Assembly: GCA_002373975.1 (NCBI GenBank)
Contig: DFKZ01000123.1
Coordinates: 25,967-89,966 of the forward strand
DNA length: 64,000 bases
Reading direction: 5' to 3'
DNA from: Lachnospiraceae bacterium UBA3632
Lineage (GTDB): Bacteria; Bacillota; Clostridia; Lachnospirales; Lachnospiraceae
Both the position numbers and the translations under genes were made by a program. Each line of letters starts with the position of its first letter. The first letter of the stretch is position 1. Below are positions 18,050 through 27,953 of this stretch, piece after piece. The notes beneath the pieces are model-generated. The model had not been told where the DNA came from and searched no databases. It saw only the letters and a list, made by a program, of their open reading frames with translations.

Positions 18050-19891
18050 TTATTCGGCTGATTGTAAAGGCTTAGCCCCTTTTTCCCTTTCTTTGTCTTC
18101 ACCGGTTTGATCCGTAATAAATACAGCGGATATAAACGGCAATGAAACCAGGACCGGATAACCGTACCTGGGATGCCCGTAAAAAGCCGGTGAGGCCATG
18201 CAGATCAGTAAGGATAACACCAAGGGGACCAACAGTAGCTTTTCTCTCCGGTCAACGTTTTTTCTAAAGATCAGATAGAATAACATCCACGTGAATAATC
18301 CCATGTTTTCCAACAGTGAAAGAAAAGGTATTCTCCCGTTCATCTCATATAAACGTTTCAGGATTTCCCTTGACCTGAGCATGAAAGGAGGAATACTGAA
18401 AATCGCCAGATACCATGGTTCAACCTCATATCTGATCACATTATCCGCTCCCGGATAAAACCATCCGTACACATGCTGTAAAAAGGCATCCATATAAACC
18501 CTGGGATGCTTTCTCAGCCCCACCGTCCAGGCTTTAAAATATCTGACGAGATCAGCACCCGATGCATCATTATTGTAGTTCATTTTTACCGGATCGGATA
18601 TATTCGGTGAATAGACCTCGCCTATGATCGAAGAATCTCCCAATACCGCGTCTATCGCCTCTTTTTCATAAGCGGATATCTCATCACCGTAATATTTCAG
18701 ATATCTTGCGGTCTGTTGAAAAGGAATCGACAAGGCCTCACTTACGCTGGCAGGTCTTGCATCGGTTATCTTTTCCATGCAGTGCTGAGCTGTGCTTTGA
18801 CCTGCTAAAGGTAAAATGCAGCATGCCAGGAATATGATGAGAGCTGTTTTTTTACTTCTTTTTATTAGGGCGTACAGGGCAAGTATAATGCCTGACGGAA
18901 CAATAACATATATCCCGTTCTTTCTAACCAGTGCCGTACATATCTGCACGACTACCAGCGCTATCCAATACCGTATACCCAGCTCTTTCTCCCTGCCGTT
19001 TATGCAGGCATGTATAAGTTCCTCGAGCAATAATATATACCAGAGAAAGCAGCCCATATAAGCAAGATCTTTCCCGGGAGTTGTCACCATATTGGAATAT
19101 GCGGGAGTAAGCAGATATATTACAAAAACAACGCGGCGGATCAATAACGGACAGTTTCTCTCATACAATCTCTGCAGAGAATACCCCAATACTAGCGCCA
19201 TGAAAATCCCCTGCGAAATCGTGCAAAGGAAAAAACCTGCCGTTTGACTGTGAAACAATACTTCACCGACCCTGATAAATACTTTTAGACAAAGTGTGTG
19301 AAACAGCGGAGTATGTGCCCAGTACTGAATATCTCCGTTTATCTGCCATATCTGAAATATTGTATCAGATGCAAGGCTTCCCGGATAAGACAGGATCATA
19401 AAGGGAATCCATGAAAGGAACAGCACTCCGGCAGAATAAAGCATCGACCGCTTTCCCAAAATGATACCATCTGTCTGTTCAGCAGATGAAAACTTAAAGG
19501 ACAAGAAATGATCAAGTAAAGCAATAAGATATCTCAAAAGAAGTGTAACAGCAAAGATATTCAGCGTTGCATACAGCACGTTGGTAAAGCCGCCGCTCAG
19601 CTCATATTCGGAACAATACATCTCGCCCACAGTCCAGAAACATGCCAGCTTTATAGCCAATATCGTATTTCTCCCGGACGGCTTAATTTCGAGATGATAT
19701 GTGTAAATGATCAGGATCAGTGACAATATAAAGATCAAAAGATTAATGATCGAATACGAAGAAAACAGGGCTTCCAGCTTTCCCAGTGCGGAAACATCCG
19801 CTCCTTCTACATCACGCAAAAAAGGCATTCGACAAAACAGAGCGATTATGATAGCACTGACAGGAGCAACCCATTTTTTATTCTCTTTCAT
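18050..19891 (-). CDS. Polytopic membrane protein, DUF6020 / GT-C-like
   Basis: Motifs YPGSLASD, HTPLFHT, KD, RKNG, EALSIPFQQTARY and SDPVK; many TM segments. Confidence 0.7.
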   Translation of the reverse strand: MKENKKWVAPVSAIIIALFCRMPFLRDVEGADVSALGKLEALFSSYSIINLLIFILSLILIIYTYHLEIKPSGRNTILAIKLACFWTVGEMYCSEYELSGGFTNVLYATLNIFAVTLLLRYLIALLDHFLSFKFSSAEQTDGIILGKRSMLYSAGVLFLSWIPFMILSYPGSLASDTIFQIWQINGDIQYWAHTPLFHTLCLKVFIRVGEVLFHSQTAGFFLCTISQGIFMALVLGYSLQRLYERNCPLLIRRVVFVIYLLTPAYSNMVTTPGKDLAYMGCFLWYILLLEELIHACINGREKELGIRYWIALVVVQICTALVRKNGIYVIVPSGIILALYALIKRSKKTALIIFLACCILPLAGQSTAQHCMEKITDARPASVSEALSIPFQQTARYLKYYGDEISAYEKEAIDAVLGDSSIIGEVYSPNISDPVKMNYNNDASGADLVRYFKAWTVGLRKHPRVYMDAFLQHVYGWFYPGADNVIRYEVEPWYLAIFSIPPFMLRSREILKRLYEMNGRIPFLSLLENMGLFTWMLFYLIFRKNVDRREKLLLVPLVLSLLICMASPAFYGHPRYGYPVLVSLPFISAVFITDQTGEDKEREKGAKPLQSAE

Positions 19892-19914
19892 ATGTATACC
19901 CCCATGCGAAATAT

Positions 19915-21279
19915 CTAATCTGACAGATCCTCTATCAGTCCCATGTTTATCTTAGCCTGCAGTATCCTTCTTACGCTCTCGTCGATCCTATCCTCGCTTA
20001 TTCGGCCGCTCTCCACCGCTTTTTCCACGGTGGTTACGGCATCATTAAAGTCGATGGGGCACAGGATAATGTCCACTCCCGCTTCAAGGCACAAAAGTGA
20101 TGCCTCGCCGCTGGTATAATTGTCTCTTATGGCCTTCATCTCCAGGGCATCTGTCATTACAACGCCGTCAAATCCCAGCTCATCCCTCAGGATATCCGTA
20201 ACTATGGTGTGTGAAAAGATGACCGGCATATCGGATACATCCGATACGATCATGTGCCCCAGCATTATGGCATCGGCTCCGGCTTCTATTCCGGCCTTAA
20301 AGGGAAGAAATTCGCCTTCGCGGAGTTCTTCAAGGGTCTTGTACACATGGGCCAATCCGTTATGTGTATCCTCAAGAGTGTCACCATGTCCGGGGAAATG
20401 CTTGAGCGTACATCCCACTCCGCCTTCATGGAAGCCCTCCACTGCTGCTGCCACCAATTCTGCGGCTTCCTCATAGTTATCGCTGTATGCTCTGTCGCCT
20501 ATGACCGTATTGGCGGGGTTTGACCATACATCTGCCACGGGAGCAAGGTTAAGGTTAAGCCCACATCTTGACATATCGCTTGCTATGGTAAAAGCATTCT
20601 CGTATGCCTTTTCGGTCCCCTGATCCTTATAATCCAGCATTGCAGCTATCCTGGTGGTACCGACGGTGAACATCAGACGTCCGACTCTTCCGCCTTCTTC
20701 GTCGCAGGCAATAAAGAGCGGAATCTCCACAAAGGACTGGGAATTGTCTGCCATCTGCCTGACCTGCTCCTGCGACTGCATATTTGTCATATTGTAGACA
20801 AGACCGCCGACCGGATTCTGCTCCAGTGCCGCTTTGGTCATCTCCCCCGCAGAAGTGACGGGATTTGTCCCGACTATTGCGGACGGATATACCATAAAGA
20901 GCTGGCAGACCTTTTCATGAACAGTCATATCAGCAATTATCAGATCGACCTGTGAAGGTTTCTCCGGCTCGGACTCGGGTACAGGCTCTACTTCCGATTC
21001 AGACTCCGGTTCATCCTCGGAACCCGCAGGTGCTGTTTCAGATTTCTCTTCTGTCTGCTTATTATCTGCTTCACCGGATACGTTTTCTTCCGCGTCCGAT
21101 GAGGTATCTGCAACCGTTTCTTCCTGCTTAGCGTTCTCTTTTGCCCCTAACTGGCCCTCATCGTTTCCGCCTTTTATATACCATATCAAAAAAACAGCCA
21201 GCGAAAGGATCACTATGATCGTGCCCGCGATTATCACTCCGGACAGGATATTTGTCTTTTTATTCTTTAAACTACTCAT
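19915..21279 (-). CDS. GH3 beta-N-acetylhexosaminidase (NagZ-like) with N-terminal membrane anchor and acidic linker
   Basis: DEEGGRV, NLAPVAD, KHFPGHGDTLEDTH and MTDALEM; N-terminal TM followed by an E/P/S-rich linker. Confidence 0.9.
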   Translation of the reverse strand: MSSLKNKKTNILSGVIIAGTIIVILSLAVFLIWYIKGGNDEGQLGAKENAKQEETVADTSSDAEENVSGEADNKQTEEKSETAPAGSEDEPESESEVEPVPESEPEKPSQVDLIIADMTVHEKVCQLFMVYPSAIVGTNPVTSAGEMTKAALEQNPVGGLVYNMTNMQSQEQVRQMADNSQSFVEIPLFIACDEEGGRVGRLMFTVGTTRIAAMLDYKDQGTEKAYENAFTIASDMSRCGLNLNLAPVADVWSNPANTVIGDRAYSDNYEEAAELVAAAVEGFHEGGVGCTLKHFPGHGDTLEDTHNGLAHVYKTLEELREGEFLPFKAGIEAGADAIMLGHMIVSDVSDMPVIFSHTIVTDILRDELGFDGVVMTDALEMKAIRDNYTSGEASLLCLEAGVDIILCPIDFNDAVTTVEKAVESGRISEDRIDESVRRILQAKINMGLIEDLSD

Positions 21280-21291
21280 GATCCGGCCCGA

Positions 21292-24200
21292 TCAGTCAAC
21301 ATTATAAAGGATCTTCTTCTCGTCGGACAATTCAGCATCTCCAAACTGCCTGCGGGCTTCCTCGAACAGTTTTTTATAACCCTTATACTCAATAGAATAA
21401 AGGTTAGAATACCCGGACAGGATAAATGACTTTTTACCTTTGCAATAAGTTACACCAAAGCTGCTGACACAGTCTGCCACAACAGCATACTTTGAAGTCT
21501 CAAGCATAACCACCAGTTTTCCCGAATCCAGCGCAAGCAGTCCGTTTTCTTCATCTTCCACGATATAATCGATCAGTCCGTCCATATCATATGAGCTTAT
21601 ATGCTCGGACCTTTCTATATCACGTATCTTTACGGTGTAGTCATCCCCCTGGGATATAAGGTATTTTCCGTCACCGGTAAAATCTATAAAAAGGTTGGTC
21701 AGAGTCAGAAGCGTAAAATCATCCTTCACTTCTCCGGAAGCCTCATCTATTATCCTGACCTTTCCGTCACTGCAGCACATGGCAAGAGTGCTACCGTCAG
21801 GGCTTATCGTTAAGTACTTCCACTGGTAGGCATTGGCCACCTCCCGGAGAGAGTCGTTCTGGTAGTAATGAATGTCCCCTGTGGCGATGTCAATTCGGTA
21901 AAGATTGGTATCCGTAGCAGATACGTATAGTTTCTTTCCGTCTTCCGAAAGTGCGACATTTCCTATCTTTTGGCCGGCAAGCTCCTCTGAATCGTTTAAA
22001 TACACGCATTCTTCTTTCTCCGTATCCAAAACGGCAATAAACCCGCTACCCCATGCGACGCAATATTTTCCGTTGCGTGTAAAGCTTCCTCCCGTAGGTT
22101 GAATGTATTGTTTTATATCCGAGAAGTCATAGGATCTGACCTCTTTTGTAATAGGATTTATCTGACGGATAACATCATCATCCAGTATAAGGTGAAATCC
22201 GTCCCGTTCTCCGTCATCATCTGTGAGAAGGTAATCCATATCACCGAACCTGAACAACTCTTCACCGGTATTTGAGAAGTAAACGTATTCGTCGGAATCC
22301 CAGGCCTTTGTGATGATATATTCAGAATTCCGTGAAACGCCCACGACAGTCAGCTTTTCATCACCCTCATGTATCGTGTTAAGATCCGGAGCATAATGCG
22401 GAGTCAGGATATAAATACTCGATCCCAGATATTCCTTCAATACCAGAGTCTGTCCAAAACCAACAATGTTAGATATCATTTTCCCCGTTTCGATGAGACC
22501 ATCCAGAAACTCGCCTGTGGAAAAATCAATGGTCTGGATCTGTCCGTTTCCAAGAGCTGCCATACCTCGAGGGCTGTTCAGGAACACAATGATCGAAAAG
22601 ACGTTATCCGGAAGAACTACTCTTGATTTCTGCTTTCCGTTTTCTTCGTCAAAGCAGAACACCACCCTTCCTTCCGCGATAACAATATCGGAGCATTTTC
22701 TGTCATCTGTGGTATATGTATGGTTTTTGATAATAGTGGAAGTATTCCAGAAAGCAACGGAATCCACATCCAGAGGCGCGTTCCACAATACTTTGCTGCC
22801 ATCTACGGCAATAAGATCTACGTTGGCATTCGGAGAATCTCCGGGCTGTGAAAGGGGAATAGAGGTAATAGCGGCAAAATTGCCCGACTCAAGGGGGCAT
22901 ATCTCTACAATATTCTTTTCAGCCAGAGCTGTAGAGGAACATGTTCCTGCTGTCAGATCAAATACTGTTATATAAGCCTTGGTGGAGTCGCTGTATGCCC
23001 CTCCGTGCGAAACCGCCAGATGACTCCCGTCTTCAGAAAACTCCATCTTCAGACCAAATTCAATATCCAGAGGATTCTCAAAGCTCTGAATAATGTCACC
23101 GTTATTCAGATCTATGATATCTACCACATATGTCTTTTCATCATTCAATACAACTATGGTGTCGGTGATGTTTTCTGTTTCCTTGACTTTCGGCGAGACA
23201 ACAGCTGCTATTTTATTCTCGGTAAAGATACTGCATGTATCGATTATCTGGTGATCTTCCAGTTCTCCCTTCCCGGCATACTCAAATATCACGTCTCCGT
23301 CAAAGGAATACTTGGTAATCCCTTTCCCGGTGATCACATAGATTCCGGTTTCATCTGCATCTGCTGCTTTGATATTTACCACACGGTTGTCTTTGTCGAT
23401 CTTTGCACCTATTTCGCATAGGAGAGACCAGTTTTCGGTATCCCATACATATGCATTCTCTCCTGTGTCGGTAACGATCAGGTACTTTCTGTCGGCGCTT
23501 ACCCGGATATCCTTGACTTTCATATCGTGTGGTAAAACTCTGTCAAAGTAGTAATCACCGGAAGTATCATACGCGTAGAGGGCCTTTGAAAGGGCGTACT
23601 CAGTCTCCCCTTCGTAGGGTCTGTCGTTACCTTCCGAAGGCAGGCCGGCCATTGCAACCAACACAGCATCCTCACGGTTTCCCTCATTAAAAAGCGACAG
23701 GGATTTTTCGGCATAGAAACGCGACTGGTTCCTCTGCTTGTCTGTATATTCTTCCAATATCTCTTCCGCAAGCCGTGTTTTTTCATCTGCAAGCTTGGAC
23801 TTTTCGTCGGCAAGCTGAGCTTTCTCATCGGCAAGCTGTTTCATTTTGGCCGCAACATTTGCGTTATAGATACCGAAAGCGGTTCCCGCGATTGCCACAA
23901 TTGCCGCCGCTGATGACACGATCGATATAGTCCTTCTGATTATCCTTTCACGGTGGCGCTGCTTGAGGTCATCATAGGAGCAGCCCAGAACGGGCGCAGC
24001 AAGCCGAAGTATCTCGGTCTTAAACTTCTTATTCCTGTCGGAGGCTGTTTCTCCCCTTACATCCGCTGCCAGCGGCTCCACGGGATTTCCCTTTTCATCG
24101 GTAAGAAGCTGGGGAGGAAAGCTCTCGTCGGGCTCACCTTCAATAAGCACGGCAAGAACATGATCCCTGTCGTGCATCTCTATGAATGATTCTATCTCTT

Positions 24201-24468
24201 TACAAACCCAGTATGATTCGGGTGTGCGGGGAGAACAGATCACGATAAGATATTCCGACTGGGCAAGTGCAGAGGATATATTATCATTGAGGTCACTTCC
24301 TATAGGCAGTTCCTCCTGATCCCTGAACACTCTCTTTATCTTCTTTTTACCGGTCTTCTTTCGTACGGCTTTCGGAACATGATACGTCTCCAGTCCGGTG
24401 TGAACCTTTTTGGCTATTTCCATATCAAGAGGCGAATGCCTGTAACTTATAAACGCATCATATTTCAT
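21292..24468 (-). CDS. TIR-domain protein with TM helix, coiled coil and WD40-like beta-propeller repeats
   Basis: YDAFISYRH...VFRDQEELP...LIVICSPRTPESYWVCKEI (TIR); TM ISIVSSAAAIVAIAGTAFGIY; repeats such as FSEDGSHLAV, LSEDGKKLYV, ISPDGSTLAM and FTGDGKYLIS. Confidence 0.85.
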   Translation of the reverse strand: MKYDAFISYRHSPLDMEIAKKVHTGLETYHVPKAVRKKTGKKKIKRVFRDQEELPIGSDLNDNISSALAQSEYLIVICSPRTPESYWVCKEIESFIEMHDRDHVLAVLIEGEPDESFPPQLLTDEKGNPVEPLAADVRGETASDRNKKFKTEILRLAAPVLGCSYDDLKQRHRERIIRRTISIVSSAAAIVAIAGTAFGIYNANVAAKMKQLADEKAQLADEKSKLADEKTRLAEEILEEYTDKQRNQSRFYAEKSLSLFNEGNREDAVLVAMAGLPSEGNDRPYEGETEYALSKALYAYDTSGDYYFDRVLPHDMKVKDIRVSADRKYLIVTDTGENAYVWDTENWSLLCEIGAKIDKDNRVVNIKAADADETGIYVITGKGITKYSFDGDVIFEYAGKGELEDHQIIDTCSIFTENKIAAVVSPKVKETENITDTIVVLNDEKTYVVDIIDLNNGDIIQSFENPLDIEFGLKMEFSEDGSHLAVSHGGAYSDSTKAYITVFDLTAGTCSSTALAEKNIVEICPLESGNFAAITSIPLSQPGDSPNANVDLIAVDGSKVLWNAPLDVDSVAFWNTSTIIKNHTYTTDDRKCSDIVIAEGRVVFCFDEENGKQKSRVVLPDNVFSIIVFLNSPRGMAALGNGQIQTIDFSTGEFLDGLIETGKMISNIVGFGQTLVLKEYLGSSIYILTPHYAPDLNTIHEGDEKLTVVGVSRNSEYIITKAWDSDEYVYFSNTGEELFRFGDMDYLLTDDDGERDGFHLILDDDVIRQINPITKEVRSYDFSDIKQYIQPTGGSFTRNGKYCVAWGSGFIAVLDTEKEECVYLNDSEELAGQKIGNVALSEDGKKLYVSATDTNLYRIDIATGDIHYYQNDSLREVANAYQWKYLTISPDGSTLAMCCSDGKVRIIDEASGEVKDDFTLLTLTNLFIDFTGDGKYLISQGDDYTVKIRDIERSEHISSYDMDGLIDYIVEDEENGLLALDSGKLVVMLETSKYAVVADCVSSFGVTYCKGKKSFILSGYSNLYSIEYKGYKKLFEEARRQFGDAELSDEKKILYNVD
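23766..23840 (-). repeat. 21-bp imperfect tandem repeat encoding (xxLADEK) heptads
   Basis: GCAAGC recurs every 21 bp; the protein reads KQLADEKAQLADEKSKLADEKTRLAEE. Confidence 0.85.
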
Positions 24469-24531
24469 AGCTTAATCTTCCTGACTTTATCGTGTGCTAC
24501 TCTTTCTTAGCTCTTAATTCTACGTTGTCTC

Positions 24532-26037
24532 CTACGCGGGCCTGTATGTTTTATTGAAAATTTTCTTTTCGACAATGTATACATCCGACAGATCGTCTAC
24601 CCTTACCGCCAGGTAGTCTCCCTTTACGCCGAGATAATATTTTTCGGGATCCCATGAGGTGAAGACTTTGACCCTGTGATCCAGCTGTCTTGCATATATT
24701 CCGCTTCCACCCGCGGCTATGCAGGCACGGGCATACGGAAGCACTTCAATCCTCTCTCCCGTTCCGGTATTGATAACAGCCGGTACATACTCCCCGGGAT
24801 AAATATATTCCTCATCAATAAACCTGTAGGAAGCCTCGAATTTGCTTTTACGTGTCGGGTACAGCTCCCCTTCCACTCCCAGAATAATGTAAATGTCTTC
24901 TTCTATGTCGATATCTACATCTCCCTCAAGAGTTCGGATGGTGATCACTGTTCCGGGTTTTGCAAGCTTTGTGGCCTCTACGAAGCCAACCTTGACCTCA
25001 TTCTTGAGATACTTGGTAAGCTTCTCGATGGGTTCCTCATGCTTTCCTGCATATATTATCTCGGAAGTCTCGAAATACTCTTTCATCCTTGAATCCATAA
25101 GCTCTTTTAGCTTGTCGGACTCGTAAGCTATGCCGCTTTTTTCGATCAGATCCTTTTTGAGAAATCCCCCGGCTTTGACAAGGTGCCCCCCTCCGCCGCC
25201 AAAGCCTTCGGCCAGAAAGCCTGCCAGCTCGCTGGCTTTTACTTCCTTCACGCAGCTTCTGACGGAAATCTTGACACCAAAGGGAAGAATGCTGTAGACA
25301 AGGCAGGTACTTATGGAATCCACCTCCAGCAGCATATCACTTATTATTCCCAGGATATTAGGATCGCAGGGCTTTGCCTCCACTATGCTGTAGGAATGCT
25401 CTTCGTTATATTTCGCATGTTTAAGTGCATCTCCGGCTATCACAAGCTCTTCTTTGGAAAGATTTGAGTTTTTGAAAAGGACAATATCCGTGCTCCTGAA
25501 TTTGGCGAAATCGCGAAGGTCCCTGTCAGCAGGGTGCGATATTTCCGCAAAGCCGTTAGTGTCGGTCATAAGTCCGTAATAAAGCGCCGTAGCGATCTTT
25601 TCGTCCTCGTTTACATCGATACCTTCATTCTTTATCAGTTCATAGAGAACTGTCGCGCAAGACCCGTATGTACTTCTGACCTCGGATAGCTCGGGAAGCT
25701 GGCCCGAAACCTGATGGTGATCTATAACAGCTATATTATCGGCATCGAAATGCGTCACATTACTCTCGCCGTACTGACAGTCAACAGTGACCAGAAGCTC
25801 CGGCTTATCAAGCTCGGTGACATACTCGGCGGGAATCTCCAACATATCCTTCATGAGCACAAGATTACTCTTCTGTACCGGAAATTTGCCCCCGTAAATA
25901 AATCTGGCATCTATTCCCTTCTTTTCAAGATACCACTTTAACGCATATCCGCTGGCAAGGGCGTCTGCATCCGGGTTGTCGTGACACTGTATCACGATAT
26001 TATTAAAGCCTGTAAGCTGCGATAAACTTAATGCCAT
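24532..26037 (-). CDS. DHH/DHHA1 phosphoesterase with duplicated C-terminal module
   Basis: HDNPDADALAS, VTVD, IDHH, GLMTDT, SVRS and GGGGHLVKAGG; about 160 extra C-terminal residues. Confidence 0.88.
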   Translation of the reverse strand: MALSLSQLTGFNNIVIQCHDNPDADALASGYALKWYLEKKGIDARFIYGGKFPVQKSNLVLMKDMLEIPAEYVTELDKPELLVTVDCQYGESNVTHFDADNIAVIDHHQVSGQLPELSEVRSTYGSCATVLYELIKNEGIDVNEDEKIATALYYGLMTDTNGFAEISHPADRDLRDFAKFRSTDIVLFKNSNLSKEELVIAGDALKHAKYNEEHSYSIVEAKPCDPNILGIISDMLLEVDSISTCLVYSILPFGVKISVRSCVKEVKASELAGFLAEGFGGGGGHLVKAGGFLKKDLIEKSGIAYESDKLKELMDSRMKEYFETSEIIYAGKHEEPIEKLTKYLKNEVKVGFVEATKLAKPGTVITIRTLEGDVDIDIEEDIYIILGVEGELYPTRKSKFEASYRFIDEEYIYPGEYVPAVINTGTGERIEVLPYARACIAAGGSGIYARQLDHRVKVFTSWDPEKYYLGVKGDYLAVRVDDLSDVYIVEKKIFNKTYRPA

Positions 26038-26134
26038 AAAAAATCCTTTCAGATCATCTGCCTGTTTTTGCCGGCAGAAGTGTAAATATATTTACCTAAC
26101 CTTATATATTCTACAATATCGTACACAAAAAGAA

Positions 26135-26161
26135 AAGGACAGGATTCTTAATCCTGTCCTT
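26135..26161 (-). terminator. Terminator after carD
   Basis: AAGGACAGGATT...AATCCTGTCCTT hairpin with an upstream A-run. Confidence 0.8.
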
Positions 26162-26194
26162 GCTAATATCCTACTAATACATATACCGATCAGC

Positions 26195-26695
26195 TCAATC
26201 CCATCCGCTCTTTGTGATATAGCCCTCAACTTCATTTTTTGGCATATCGAGTGATATCGCAAGCTCACCGAAAAGAAATTCCGCGGCTATCCTGAAATAC
26301 TTGGCATCAACCGCCGTTTCCTTTCTCCCTGCTTCCTGTCTCTTTCTGCGACGAACATAAATCGTCTTTACCAGGCTTACCAGCTTACGGATATCATTGC
26401 TACGGATGCAGCCCTTATACTCCGCTTCCACAGTCTTTTCACTCTGAATATCCAGACATGCTATTCCCGGAATATCTTTAAGAAAATCCTTAGCTTCACT
26501 GGCACTGAGTATTGAACGGATCGACTCATCCGCAAGCGCAACAGGAATATACACGGTACTTGCCGTGTTATATACAGGCTTCAAGATGTAATACTCTTCA
26601 TTCCTGTCAACTCCTGAAATATCAAGGGTCGTAACTTCACTAACCCTGCAGACTCCTTTATTCCCGCAGGCAACATAATCTCCGACTTTGAACAT
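26195..26695 (-). CDS. CarD family transcriptional regulator
   Basis: MFKVGDYVACGNKGVCRV...YYILKP...VYIPV...FLFGELAISL. Confidence 0.88.
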   Translation of the reverse strand: MFKVGDYVACGNKGVCRVSEVTTLDISGVDRNEEYYILKPVYNTASTVYIPVALADESIRSILSASEAKDFLKDIPGIACLDIQSEKTVEAEYKGCIRSNDIRKLVSLVKTIYVRRRKRQEAGRKETAVDAKYFRIAAEFLFGELAISLDMPKNEVEGYITKSGWD

Positions 26696-26857
26696 ATTTA
26701 AACCCCGAATCCGATCAGAAAAACCTTCCGCAAATGCGAATTGTGTTTACATAACTATATTTCGATTATAACAGATTCCATATTAAAATGTAAGCGGGAA
26801 ATTATTAAATTGCGGTTGTTATTATAGTTTTATCAAATGCGCCCGGCTGGCTGGCTG

Positions 26858-27937
26858 TCACGCACTTTCGTTCATACGGCTCAGCTTGGCGGCCTGATCG
26901 GCGGAAATACAGGCATCAAGGATTTCTCCTATATCTCCGTTCATGACTTTGTCTAGCTTATATACCGTAAGCCCTATTCGGTGATCGGTAACTCTGCCCT
27001 GAGGGAAATTATAGGTCCTTATCTTCTCCGACCTGTCGCCGGTGCCTATCTGGCTTCGGCGCATTTCCGCCTCGGCATCATGCTTTTCCTGCTGCTGGAT
27101 GTCGTACAGCTTTGACTTAAGGAGAGCAAAAGCTTTTGCCTTATTCTGGAGCTGTGATTTTTCGGTCTGTGAATAAACCACAATTCCGGTAGGATAATGG
27201 GTGAGACGCACTGCCGAGTCGGTAGTGTTTACACACTGACCGCCGTTTCCGGATGCACGCATAACGTCTATCCTTATATCCTTTTCGTCTATCACTATAT
27301 CAATATCCTCATCCGCCTCGGGCATAACCGCAACAGTGCAGGTGGATGTGTGGATCCTTCCGCCGCTCTCCGTAACCGGTACTCTCTGTACGCGGTGCAC
27401 CCCGGATTCATACTTAAGCTTGGAGTATGCGCCCTGACCGTTTATCTGGAATGTAACTTCCTTCACACCGCCGATGCCTATCTCATCCATACTGATAAGC
27501 TGGGATCTCCACCCCTGACTCTCGGCAAAGTGCACGTACATCCTGTAGACCTCAGCGGCAAAGAGCGCTGCCTCATCCCCGCCCGCTCCTGCTCTGATCT
27601 CCACAATAACATTCTTGTCATCATTCGGATCCTTGGGAAGAAGCATTATTTTCATCTTCTGTTCCAGCTCCTCAATCCGGGCCTTTGAATCGTTCAGTGT
27701 CTCCTTTAGCATCTCGCGCATCTCTTCATCGTTTTCCGACTCAAGCATATCCAGGGAATCCTGCACATCAGCCTTGCACTTTTTGTATTCGGTATAAGCT
27801 TCCACAAGAGGCGCAAGATCGGACTGTTCCTTCATAAGCCTCTTAAAACGTGCGTTGTCGTTTGCGACATCCGGCGAATGAAGCTCTCTCATTATCTCTT
27901 CATATTTGGCTATAAGATCATCTAGTTTATCAAACAT
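26858..27937 (-). CDS. prfA: Peptide chain release factor 1
   Basis: [12 protein letters not shown] (PVT), GGQ and [12 protein letters not shown]; ATG at 27937 with a GGAG RBS. Confidence 0.98.
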   Translation of the reverse strand: MFDKLDDLIAKYEEIMRELHSPDVANDNARFKRLMKEQSDLAPLVEAYTEYKKCKADVQDSLDMLESENDEEMREMLKETLNDSKARIEELEQKMKIMLLPKDPNDDKNVIVEIRAGAGGDEAALFAAEVYRMYVHFAESQGWRSQLISMDEIGIGGVKEVTFQINGQGAYSKLKYESGVHRVQRVPVTESGGRIHTSTCTVAVMPEADEDIDIVIDEKDIRIDVMRASGNGGQCVNTTDSAVRLTHYPTGIVVYSQTEKSQLQNKAKAFALLKSKLYDIQQQEKHDAEAEMRRSQIGTGDRSEKIRTYNFPQGRVTDHRIGLTVYKLDKVMNGDIGEILDACISADQAAKLSRMNESA

Positions 27938-27953
27938 AACAGTTGTTCTCCAT

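Noticed and set aside
21292-24468. Thoeris, CBASS or Pycsar assignment for the TIR gene
   Set aside because: No SIR2/SLOG/Macro effector, CD-NTase or cyclase is adjacent, and the protein has no NTPase domain.
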